Part shown: in pieces, positions 15,719 to 23,570 of the stretch
Layout of the letters: every line of letters starts with the position of its first letter
How positions within the stretch are numbered: position 1 is the stretch's first letter
From: an uncultured Actinomycetes bacterium
Lineage (GTDB): Bacteria > Actinomycetota > Actinomycetes > S36-B12 > CAIYMF01
Direction of reading: 5' to 3'
Assembly (NCBI GenBank): GCA_963843975.1
Contig: CAWJMG010000003.1
Location: 300,001-332,000, forward strand
DNA length: 32,000 nt
Position numbers and translations under genes: made by a program
The notes under the pieces: model-generated
What the model saw: the letters and a program-made list of their open reading frames with translations, nothing else
Database searches by the model: none
Told to the model about the DNA's origin: nothing

Positions 15719-18691
15719 TCAGGTGGCGTCGCTCCAGCTCTCGGGCGGGGTTGCGGGCGGCTCCGCGCCGGGCGGGGCTTCGGCCTCGGGTGGTTCGGCT
15801 CCGGAGGACGTCGGTGCCTCGGCCTCAGGCGGTTCGGCTCCGGACGGTGTGGCGCCTTCGGCCCCGGGGGGCGTCGATGGCGTCACCGGCAGGTCGGGAG
15901 CCTCCGGCGTCGGCGTCGGCGGCATCGGGGTCGACGTCGTCTGCGTACCTCGCGGTTCGGCGAGGTCAGCTACGACGACGTCGAAGACGGGGTCGAGGGG
16001 GTAGTCGCTGTGGCCCAGCGGTGGAAGGCGCGGCTCGAGGGCCGACTCGGCGACGACGGCGGGGTCGACGAGGCGCAGGTCGGAGCCGATCTTGTACCAG
16101 CGGTGAGGCACGCCGCGGACCGTCGTGACGCGCGGCTCGGCCGTGCGCGGCCGCGTCGGATCGTCTGCGGCCCAGGCGAATCCGAGCCACTCCGTGGTCT
16201 GCGGCCCCGGCCGGTCGACGCCTGCAGGCCAGGAGAGCGCGGGCGCGCCGAGCGGGTCGGTCCAGCGGTAGACGTTGCGCCAGCGCGACTCGGCCGTGGG
16301 CGGCAGCGGCTCGGAACCCGACGTACGCCGCAGGGCCTGGAGGTAGAGCCACGACATGCGGCCGTAGCCGAAGTACGTCGGGAACATGCGGCCGTAGAGG
16401 AACTGCAGCTGCGAGCCGTACGTGACGAGCGACAGCCGCGGCAGGACCGACCGGGCGCGCGCCGGATGCAGCCACGGGAGCCCGGGGGAGTCGAAGACCG
16501 GTGCCGCCGCGGCGACCGGACCATCGTCGGCGGCGGCGGCCTCGGTACGGCTCACCGGGGGATCGGCGCTGGGCCAGCCCAGGTAGTCGAGGACGGCGAT
16601 CGCGCCGACGCTGATGAGCGAGCCCTGGCTGTGCCCCGACACCACCACGGCGCGGGCGCCGAGACCGCCGACGTCGCGCGGCTCGGCGAGCTGCACGGCA
16701 CGGGTCGCCACGCCCAGCACCGCGCGTCCGCCGTACGGCGGTGGGCAGAGGGGATGGGCGTCGCGCGGCCAGAACGACAGGACGTCCCAGATGATGCCGA
16801 CGGTGCGGCGCTTCTCGGGGTCGCGCAGCGTCGTGAGGCCGAGCCCGATGAGCGCCGCGGCGACGGCCGAGACGACCGCGACGCCGAAGGTGAAGAGCGC
16901 GCTCGAGGTGACGGCAGTGACGCCCGACGACACCGTGCCGCCGAGCACGGTGGGCCGCAGGTTGCCGAGCGACGCGATCGAGGCGAGCACCAGCGCGAGG
17001 CCGCTGACCGCGGCGAGGAAGCCGATCACGCGGTGGTAGCGGGTGCGCGACTCCGCGATGAACCAGCGCGTGAGCACAGCGCGCCGCCCGCGCTGCAGGT
17101 CGTCGGCGCCACCACCGGCGACGGGGTCGGGCGGGTAGTCCTCGGCGAGCAGCGCGGTGTACGGGCCGTCGGCGTCCTGGCCCAGCAGCAGCCGGAGCGA
17201 GAGCCCGACGAGGGCGAGGGGCACGAGGTACCAGAGGTCGCGGAGGTCGACCGTCGTACGCCGGTCCTGCACGAACAGCACCGCGGCCGCGCCGATCGCG
17301 ACGAACCACGGCCACTTCGCGAGCGGCCGCTCGAGCGCAGCGCCGGCGAGCGGCACGATCGACGCCGCGAGCAGCAGCGCGGCGCCTCCCCAGATCGCGG
17401 CCGAGAAGCCGAAGATCGTGGGCAGCCGTCCGTTGCCGATCACGCTGCTCGTCCAGAACACCAGCACGGTCGAGAGCCCGAACGCGAGGGCGACAGCGAC
17501 CACGGTGAGCAGCCACGGCCCCCACCCGCGCCAGAACGGCCGGAACGCAGGCGGCACAAGGGGATACGACGGATCGGTTGCGTCTCCCTTGAGCAGTCGG
17601 TCGGCCACGGGACCCTGGCGCTGCTGCCACGTGGTGATCGCCAGGGCGACGAGCAGCAGCGACACGATGACCGCGAGCCAGCTGATGGTGATCTCGGGCG
17701 GGCCGGCCGGTGCATCGGCGGCGACTGCATCGCCGAGGGGGCTGCCCGCGCCGTGGTCCTGCGCCCACGCCGCGAGGAACACCGACGCCGCTGTCACCGG
17801 CACCGCGGCGATCCGTGCACGAGCCACCCGGTCCGACAGCCGCACGGTGTCGAGCGACGACGACTCCACGCGCCGCGAGCGCGACGGCTCCAGGGCGACG
17901 AGCCACACGCCGTACAGGACCACGACCGCGTTGACCGCGACGAGCACCGACCACGCGATCGGCGCGGCAACTGCAGCGTCGGCGTCGAACGGCGCAACTG
18001 TCGCGAGCGCGAGCAGGCCGAAGAGGCCGAGCGAGGCGACCACGTGCGCGGCGCGCAGCCGGGACGCGTTCGGCGACCCGCTCCAGAAGCCGACGTCGTC
18101 GAACGAGCCGTAAGGCGTCCGCCACGGCACCATGCCGCCGGCCGGATCGTGCGTGAACACCTGCCGCCCGAACCACCACACGAGTGTCACGATCACGGCG
18201 GCGGGAATCGCGCCGAGCAGCACGAAGTACCCGCCGCCCTCGGGGTACCAGTCGAAGCGCGGTGCGCCGATCGTCCAGCCGACGAAGCACGCCGTGGCGA
18301 CGAGCAGCAGCGTGAGGCCGAGGCCGAGCAGGCGCAGCACCGCGGTGGCGGCCTGGTCGCGGCGGCGTACGTCGCTCTGCTGGTGGGGGAGCAGCATCGT
18401 GAAGCGCGCGAGGTTGAGCAGCGCGAACGGCACAAGCAGGAGCCACAGCGCCCGGGTGGCCGACCCCGATGTGAGCCGCCCCCAGTGGAACGCCTCGACG
18501 ATGCGGCTGCGCCCGTACGTCGCCTCCACCACCGGAGTCGTACGGCGGAAGATGCGCGCGGCCTCGTCGCCCGCGACCTGGGTTGGGTACGGGTCGCCGA
18601 GCACGCTCTCGGGCTTGGTGCCGCTCACCCCGTGCACGCGCAGCTCGACCACCTGGTCGAGCGTGCCGTCGCCCTCAGCCCCTGACCCCAT
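15719..18691 (-). CDS. large polytopic membrane protein with split alpha/beta-hydrolase (lipase-like) motifs and a Pro/Glu/Ala-rich C-terminal tail
   Basis: - N-terminus: 'VVELRVHGVSGT', a beta-strand plus HG oxyanion-type motif.
- Then about 13 hydrophobic helices, e.g. 'ALWLLLVPFALLNLARF', 'LLGLGLTLLLVATACFVGW', 'ISWLAVIVSLLLVALAITTW'.
- Then 'FWPRDAHPLCPPPYGGR...AVVVSGHSQGSLISV' (GxSxG nucleophile elbow), 'YRWTDPLG' and 'PPLGHSDYP' (candidate Asp and His).
- Tail with a 13-aa tandem repeat, 'AEPPEAEAPTSSG / AEPPEAEAPPG'.
I chose the ATG at 18691 (MGSGAEGDG). The start is uncertain, and the track ORF extends to 18784. Confidence 0.7.
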   Translation of the reverse strand: MGSGAEGDGTLDQVVELRVHGVSGTKPESVLGDPYPTQVAGDEAARIFRRTTPVVEATYGRSRIVEAFHWGRLTSGSATRALWLLLVPFALLNLARFTMLLPHQQSDVRRRDQAATAVLRLLGLGLTLLLVATACFVGWTIGAPRFDWYPEGGGYFVLLGAIPAAVIVTLVWWFGRQVFTHDPAGGMVPWRTPYGSFDDVGFWSGSPNASRLRAAHVVASLGLFGLLALATVAPFDADAAVAAPIAWSVLVAVNAVVVLYGVWLVALEPSRSRRVESSSLDTVRLSDRVARARIAAVPVTAASVFLAAWAQDHGAGSPLGDAVAADAPAGPPEITISWLAVIVSLLLVALAITTWQQRQGPVADRLLKGDATDPSYPLVPPAFRPFWRGWGPWLLTVVAVALAFGLSTVLVFWTSSVIGNGRLPTIFGFSAAIWGGAALLLAASIVPLAGAALERPLAKWPWFVAIGAAAVLFVQDRRTTVDLRDLWYLVPLALVGLSLRLLLGQDADGPYTALLAEDYPPDPVAGGGADDLQRGRRAVLTRWFIAESRTRYHRVIGFLAAVSGLALVLASIASLGNLRPTVLGGTVSSGVTAVTSSALFTFGVAVVSAVAAALIGLGLTTLRDPEKRRTVGIIWDVLSFWPRDAHPLCPPPYGGRAVLGVATRAVQLAEPRDVGGLGARAVVVSGHSQGSLISVGAIAVLDYLGWPSADPPVSRTEAAAADDGPVAAAAPVFDSPGLPWLHPARARSVLPRLSLVTYGSQLQFLYGRMFPTYFGYGRMSWLYLQALRRTSGSEPLPPTAESRWRNVYRWTDPLGAPALSWPAGVDRPGPQTTEWLGFAWAADDPTRPRTAEPRVTTVRGVPHRWYKIGSDLRLVDPAVVAESALEPRLPPLGHSDYPLDPVFDVVVADLAEPRGTQTTSTPMPPTPTPEAPDLPVTPSTPPGAEGATPSGAEPPEAEAPTSSGAEPPEAEAPPGAEPPATPPESWSDAT

Positions 18692-18732
18692 GCGCCGATC
18701 GTGCCCCTCGCCACCCACCCTGACCAGAGCCG

Positions 18733-18797
18733 AAAGGGTCCGCTCTGGATGCGTGAGAGGAACGAAGACGTGCCTCCCAGGCATCCAGAGCGGGTCC
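18733..18797 (-). terminator. long stem-loop directly after the flavoprotein-reductase stop, a candidate intrinsic terminator or attenuator
   Basis: The arms GGGTCCGCTCTGGATGC (18736..18752) and GCATCCAGAGCGGGTCC (18781..18797) pair over 13 perfect bp, extending to 17 with two G-U pairs. On the minus-strand RNA the stem is followed by UUUCGG. It lies between the stop at 18797 and the next start at 18691. Confidence 0.5.
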
Positions 18798-20039
18798 TAC
18801 AGCAGCGTCTTGAGCGGCACCTCGGGGTCGGCGAGCTGCGCCGCGTCGATCGGCTTGCGGCTCGCGATGAGCGCCTTGATGTCGTCGGTGACGTCCCAGA
18901 CGTTCACGTTCATGCCCGCGAGCACCACGCCCTGCGCCGTCCAGAACGCGATGAACTCGAGCTGGTCGACGTCGCCGCGGATCACCACGGCGTCGTACCC
19001 GCCGGGTTCGGCGTACCCCGTGTACTCCATGCCGAGGTCGTACTGGTCGCTGTAGAAGTACGGCTGCCGGTCGTACGCCGCGTCGGTGCCGACGATCCCG
19101 GCCGCGGCGACCGCCGGCTGGTTGAGCGCATTGGCCCAGTGCTCGACCCGGATTCGCTTGGCCAGCACGGGATGCCAGGCGTTCGCCACGTCGCCGACCG
19201 CGTAGATGTCGGGGTCGTTCGTGCGGAGGTGCTCGTCGACGAGGATGCCGTTGTCGACCTCGAGGCCGGCGTCCTGCGCGAGCTGGACGTTCGGCGTGAT
19301 GCCGACCCCGACCACCACGGCCTCGGCGGCGACGGCGGTGCCGTCCTCGAGCTGGACGGCGACGACGCGGCCCCCGTCGCCCGTGAGTGCGGCGACACCC
19401 ACGCCGAGGCGGAGGTCGACACCCTTCTTCGCGTGCAGGTCGGCGAAGACCTGCGCGACCTGGGGGCCGAGGACGCCGCCCAGAGGCAGCGGAGCCATCT
19501 CGATCAGGGTCACCTCGACGCCGGCCGCGCGCGCTGCCGCTGCGACCTCGAGCCCGATCCACCCGCCGCCGATGATGGCGACATTGCTGACGGCGGCGAT
19601 GGTGTCGCGCAGGCGGTCGCTGTCGTCGAGGCGGCGCAGGTAGAGCACGCCCTCGAAGCTCGGAGCCCTCGACCGTGAGCGGACGCGGGCTGGATCCGGT
19701 TGCGATCACGAGACGGTCGTACGGCAGCTCGGTGCCGTCTGCGAGCACGACCGTGCCGCTCGTGCGATGGATCGCGGTCACGTGGGTGCCGCGCATCAGA
19801 GTGACCGAGTTCTCGTCGTACCACTCCTCGGGGTGCAGCGATACCTTGTCGAGGCCTGCCTTGCCCTGCAGGTAGTCCTTCGAGAGTGGCGGCCGGTCGT
19901 ACGGCAGGTGCGGCTCGTCGCCGATGATCGTGATTGCGCCGGCGTACCCCTGCGCGCGCAGCTCCTCGGCCGTCTTCGTGCCGGCCAGGCCGGCACCGAT
20001 CACCACGACGCTCGTCACGTCCGACATGTGCACCTCCAT
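18797..20039 (-). pseudogene. ferredoxin/rubredoxin-reductase-type FAD-dependent pyridine nucleotide-disulfide oxidoreductase, frameshifted
   Basis: The N-terminal half sits in one frame: 'MSDVTSVVVIGAGLAGTKTAEELRAQGY...IIGDEPHLPYDRPPLSKDYL...YDRLVIATGSSPRPLTVEGSEL'. The rest sits in another frame (track ORF 18797..19648): 'GVLYLRRLDDSDRLRDTI...VAIIGGGWIGLEVAAAA...AVGDVA...QPYFYSDQYDLGMEYTG'. The junction is at ~19650-19662, where the minus strand reads GAGCTTCGAGGGC. Removing one T gives GAG CTC GAG GGC GTG CTC TAC, a continuous protein. Candidate starts at 20039 or 20027, both preceded by GGAG-type RBS. Confidence 0.75.
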
Positions 20040-20181
20040 CAGGTCTCCTCTCCACCTTCCGTCGGATCGGGCGGATCCGCTAGGGGAAGGGCCCTCGAGT
20101 TCGGCGTGGACGTCGTGGTGTTGCGTCAACCTGGTCGCGGCGGCGTGGATCGCGTCACGCCGAGGGCGGAGACCCGGGCGG

Positions 20182-20187
20182 TAGGTT
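20182..20187 (+). promoter_or_regulatory. -10 hexamer TAGGTT placed for a leaderless transcript of the FAD oxidase gene
   Basis: TAGGTT-cggcgc-ATG has the same TANNNT-N6-ATG geometry as recQ and no SD. Confidence 0.45.
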
Positions 20188-20193
20188 CGGCGC

Positions 20194-21552
20194 ATGTCCG
20201 TCGATGAGCTGGTCGCCGCGCTGCCGGGCGACGTCGTGGTCACCGATGCCGAGCGCACCGACAAGTACCGCTGGGACCGCGCCAACGACCCGCGCGCCGG
20301 TGTGCCGCTGGCCGTGGTCCGCGCCGAGTCGACCGAGCACGTGCAGACCGCCGTGCGGTGGGCGGCGAAGCACGGCGTGGCCGTCGTACCCCGGGGTGCG
20401 GGCACCGGTCTCTCGGGCGGCGCTTCGGCCATCGACGGCTGCCTCGTCATCTCGACCGAGCGGATGCGGGCCGTCGAGATCGACCCGCTCACGCGCATCG
20501 CGTACGTCGAGCCCGGTCTGCTCAACGCCGAGCTCAAGGCCGAGGCCGCGCGGCACGGCCTCTGGTATCCGCCGGACCCGTCGTCGTACGAGATCTGCTC
20601 GATCGGCGGCAACATCGCCACGAACGCCGGCGGCCTCTGCTGCGTGAAGTACGGCGTCACCACCGACTACGTGCTCGGCCTCACCGTGGTGCTCGCCGAC
20701 GGTACGGCGGTGGAGCTCGGCGGGCCGCGGCTCAAGGACGTGGCCGGGCTGTCGCTGACCAAGCTGTTCGTGGGCAGCGAGGGCACGCTCGGCATCGTCA
20801 CGCGGATCGTGCTTCGGCTGGTGCCGGCGCAGCGGACGCCGTCCACCCTGGTGGCGACGTTCGCCTCGCTCGACGACGCGACCGCGACGGTGCTCGCGAT
20901 CTCGAGCCGGATGCGGCCGTCGATGCTGGAGTTCATGGACCGCGCGTCGATCAACGCGGTCGAGGACATGACGCACATGGGCCTCGACCGGTCGGCGGAG
21001 GCGCAGCTGGTCGTGCAGTCGGACGAGCCGGCGGCGTACGCGGCGGCGGAGATCGCGGCCGTGGGCGCGCTGTGCGAGGACAGCGGCGCCACCGAGTGGT
21101 TCTCGACCGACGACGCCGACGAGGGCGAGCAGTTCGTCGTCGCGCGGCGCCTCGCGATCCCCGCGCTCGAGCTGAAGGGTGCTCTGCTGCTCGAGGACGT
21201 CGGCGTGCCGCTGCCGCTGCTCGGCGAGCTCGTGCGCGGCATCGAGGCGATCAGCGCCGACAACGACGTGCTGGTCGCGGTCGTCGCGCATGCGGGTGAC
21301 GGCAACACGCACCCGCTCGTCGTGTTCGACCCGGCGGATCTTGCGCAGGTCGCGCGCGCCGAGGCGGCGTACGACGCGATCATGCGGCTCGCGATCTCGC
21401 TCGGCGGCACGATCACGGGCGAGCACGGCGTGGGGAGGATGAAGCAGCCGTGGCTGCGCGACTACCTCGGCCCCGAAGTGCACGACCTCAACCGCCGCAT
21501 CAAGGACGCCTTGGACCCCCAGGGCATCCTCAACCCGGGCGCCGGCATCTGA
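20194..21552 (+). CDS. FAD-linked oxidase (GlcD / D-lactate dehydrogenase family)
   Basis: FAD_binding_4-type N-terminus 'PLAVVRAESTEHVQTAVRWAAKHGVAVVPRGAGTGLSGGA', plus 'ICSIGGNIATNAGG' and the C-terminal 'GTITGEHGVGRMKQPWL...LDPQGILNPG'. Confidence 0.9.
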   Translation: MSVDELVAALPGDVVVTDAERTDKYRWDRANDPRAGVPLAVVRAESTEHVQTAVRWAAKHGVAVVPRGAGTGLSGGASAIDGCLVISTERMRAVEIDPLTRIAYVEPGLLNAELKAEAARHGLWYPPDPSSYEICSIGGNIATNAGGLCCVKYGVTTDYVLGLTVVLADGTAVELGGPRLKDVAGLSLTKLFVGSEGTLGIVTRIVLRLVPAQRTPSTLVATFASLDDATATVLAISSRMRPSMLEFMDRASINAVEDMTHMGLDRSAEAQLVVQSDEPAAYAAAEIAAVGALCEDSGATEWFSTDDADEGEQFVVARRLAIPALELKGALLLEDVGVPLPLLGELVRGIEAISADNDVLVAVVAHAGDGNTHPLVVFDPADLAQVARAEAAYDAIMRLAISLGGTITGEHGVGRMKQPWLRDYLGPEVHDLNRRIKDALDPQGILNPGAGI

Positions 21553-21561
21553 GCCACCACC

Positions 21562-21617
21562 TCACCCAGGACGATGTCGGAAACCGTCGCCGTTCTTGAG
21601 CATCTGCCTGGGCGAGG
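21562..21617. repeat. 56-nt hairpin element H1, 10 nt after the FAD-oxidase stop (terminator-like)
   Basis: TCACCCAGGACGATGtcggaaaccgtcgccgttcttgagCATCTGCCTGGGCGAGG. The 5' and 3' arms are imperfectly complementary. 77% identical, ungapped, to H2. Confidence 0.55.
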
Positions 21618-21693
21618 TGCGGTCGCCGGGACCGCCGACGCATGGCCGGGGGTACGTCGTCGCTGCGATCCGCGGCGTCGCCCGGGCGGCACG

Positions 21694-21749
21694 TCACCCA
21701 GGACAATGCCCGAAACTGCCGGTGTTCTTGGCCATCGTCCTGGGTGAAG
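21694..21749. repeat. 56-nt hairpin element H2, abutting the esterase stop (terminator-like)
   Basis: TCACCCAGGACAATGcccgaaactgccggtgttcttggcCATCGTCCTGGGTGAAG. The 15-nt arms pair at 14 of 15 positions. Its start lies 132 nt after the H1 start, in the same orientation. Confidence 0.6.
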
Positions 21750-21752
21750 TCG

Positions 21753-22613
21753 TCAGCTCGCCCACGTCTTCAGCCACGCCAGGATCGGTTCGCTCACGAC
21801 GCCGACGGTGATCACGCTCATGTGGGTCTCGGCCGTGATGACGTCGAGCGTCACGGGATTCCCCGCCTTCTTCAGCGCGGCGGCGAAGGTGGTGGCCTGC
21901 TGGAGCGGTACGACGTCGTCGCCGTCGCCGTGGATGAGCAGCACGTGCAGCGTCTTCGGTGCCTGGCCCGTCGTCACGTAGTGGATCGGGTCGCCGCAGT
22001 CCCAGAGCGCGGGATCGTCCGCGCGCGGCGTGCCGAACCAGTCGTCCATCATCGGCTGGAACGCCTTCGCGTCGTAGATCCCCGCGAGCCCCACAACGCC
22101 TGCGATCTCAGGGATCGGATCGGCGCACGGTCGTGCGAGCGCCGTACCCGACACGCCGGCCAGCGCCACCAGGTGCCCGCCCGCCGAGTGCCCGACCAGG
22201 ATCACGGGGCCAGGCTTAGGGTCGGACGACTTCACCAGGGACACGGCGTACGCCGCGGAGCACAGCACGTCCTGCAGCGACGTCGGGAAGCCGATGCCGT
22301 CGTCGCCGGCGCGGTACTCCGTGGTCGCGGCGTAGTAGCCGGCGTCGGAGATCGCCTGCGCGAGAGGGACGAGCCCGGAGCTGTCGTGCGACTGCCAGCC
22401 GCCGCCGGGCACGAGCACCACCATCGGCACGGTCGGGCGAGCGGGGACCGCGACGGGCGAGTAGACCTCGGTCGTCAGCGACGGGTCGAAGGTGGACGGC
22501 GACGGGAGCGGTGCAGGCTCCGTCGTCTCCAGCGGCCCAGTCGACGACTGGCTGCAGCCGGTGAGCATCAGCGCGAGCGCGATCCCGGCCATCCAGCGCA
22601 TACGCGTCCCCAT
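21753..22613 (-). CDS. alpha/beta hydrolase (esterase/lipase) lipoprotein
   Basis: Lipobox 'ALMLTGC'. 'VVLVPGGGW' (HGG-like oxyanion region), 'VILVGHSAGGHLVALAG' (GxSxG), and 'LLIHGDGDDVVP' (acid/His region). Confidence 0.8.
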   Translation of the reverse strand: MGTRMRWMAGIALALMLTGCSQSSTGPLETTEPAPLPSPSTFDPSLTTEVYSPVAVPARPTVPMVVLVPGGGWQSHDSSGLVPLAQAISDAGYYAATTEYRAGDDGIGFPTSLQDVLCSAAYAVSLVKSSDPKPGPVILVGHSAGGHLVALAGVSGTALARPCADPIPEIAGVVGLAGIYDAKAFQPMMDDWFGTPRADDPALWDCGDPIHYVTTGQAPKTLHVLLIHGDGDDVVPLQQATTFAAALKKAGNPVTLDVITAETHMSVITVGVVSEPILAWLKTWAS

Positions 22614-22912
22614 GAGGCCATCATCGTCCAGCCGCTGCTAGTGGAGGCCGAGGGCACGGCGAGGGTGGCCGAACCGAGACCGGGCGGACGTCGCGCGAGC
22701 CCGTGCCCTGCCCGGTGTCGGTCACGAGTCGTACGAGTAGCGGGGGGCGCGCCGCGTGGGCGTCGCCGGGACTGTGTCATGACCGGTGTCGACGGGCCGG
22801 CGTACGAGTCGCGGGGTGCGTGTGCCCGGGTGAGGATGGTCGCGCGGTCGCTCCGCGACCCGCCGGGTGCCCGGACCTGGATCCGACGACCACTGCAAGG
22901 AGCACCGACGCC

Positions 22913-23506
22913 ATGCGCTCCCGACGTCCCCTCGCCCTGGCCGCCACGGCCCTCGCCCTCGCTGCCGCCCTCAGCGGCTGCAGCAGCCACTCCTCAGGGA
23001 CAGCGTCCGGTGATGCAACCGCGGCGATCGTGGCGGGGCAGGCCGGCGACATCGCCTTCGCCCAGCTGATGATCCCGCACCACGAGCAGGCCGTGGAGAT
23101 GGCCGATCTCGCCCTCGAACGCCAGACCTCGCCCGAGGTCAAGGCGCTCGCCGAGCAGATCAAGGGTGCTCAGGATCCCGAGATCGAGCAGATGTCCGGC
23201 TGGCTCACGACCTGGGGCGCACCCCGCGAGATGCCGTCCGACATGGACCACGGCTCCGACCACGGCGGCATGTCCATGGCCGGGATGATGAGTGACGAGG
23301 ACATGGCTGCCCTCGCTGCCGCGTCGGGAGCCGAGTTCGACCAGAAGTGGCTCACCCTGATGATCGCGCATCACGAGGGCGCGCTCACGATGGCGCAGCA
23401 GGTGCTCGGCACGACGTCCGACACCCAGGTGCGCACCCTCGCCGAGGCCATCGTCGCCGGCCAGAAGGCCGAGATCGCCGACATGAAGGCCCTCCTCGCC
23501 CCCTGA
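22913..23506 (+). CDS. DUF305 family lipoprotein (metal/copper-stress associated family)
   Basis: Lipobox 'AAALSGC'. Duplicated 'MIPHHEQAVEMA' and 'MIAHHEGALTMA' DUF305 His motifs, with a His/Met-rich segment 'DMDHGSDHGGMSMAGMM'. AAGGAG upstream of the ATG at 22913. Confidence 0.85.
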   Translation: MRSRRPLALAATALALAAALSGCSSHSSGTASGDATAAIVAGQAGDIAFAQLMIPHHEQAVEMADLALERQTSPEVKALAEQIKGAQDPEIEQMSGWLTTWGAPREMPSDMDHGSDHGGMSMAGMMSDEDMAALAAASGAEFDQKWLTLMIAHHEGALTMAQQVLGTTSDTQVRTLAEAIVAGQKAEIADMKALLAP

Positions 23507-23521
23507 CGACTGTTCGCCGAC

Positions 23522-23570
23522 GTAGCTGCGAGGCGACGCATCGCAGAGAGAGCGCGTTCGCCGTACAGCT
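23522..23570. repeat. interspersed intergenic repeat, copy B (runs into the apbE stop codon)
   Basis: GTAGCTGCGAGGCGACGCATCGCAGAGAGAGCGCGTTCGCCGTACAGCT. The internal dyad GGCGACGC...GCGTTCGCC lies between the convergent DUF305 and apbE genes. Confidence 0.6.

Noticed and set aside
15644-18685. 1013-aa plus-strand ORF and 826-aa minus-strand ORF (15966..18446) overlapping the membrane-protein gene.
   Set aside because: Only the 15719..18784 frame gives coherent TM helices and hydrolase motifs. The others are Arg/Pro/Gly-rich shadow frames.
22730-22817. Direct repeat CGTACGAGT(A/C)GCGGGG, two copies 70 nt apart, in the esterase/DUF305 divergent region. I considered it as a metal-regulator operator.
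   Set aside because: It is short and GC-rich, has no dyad symmetry, and does not resemble the CsoR/CopY-type boxes I know. It could easily arise by chance.
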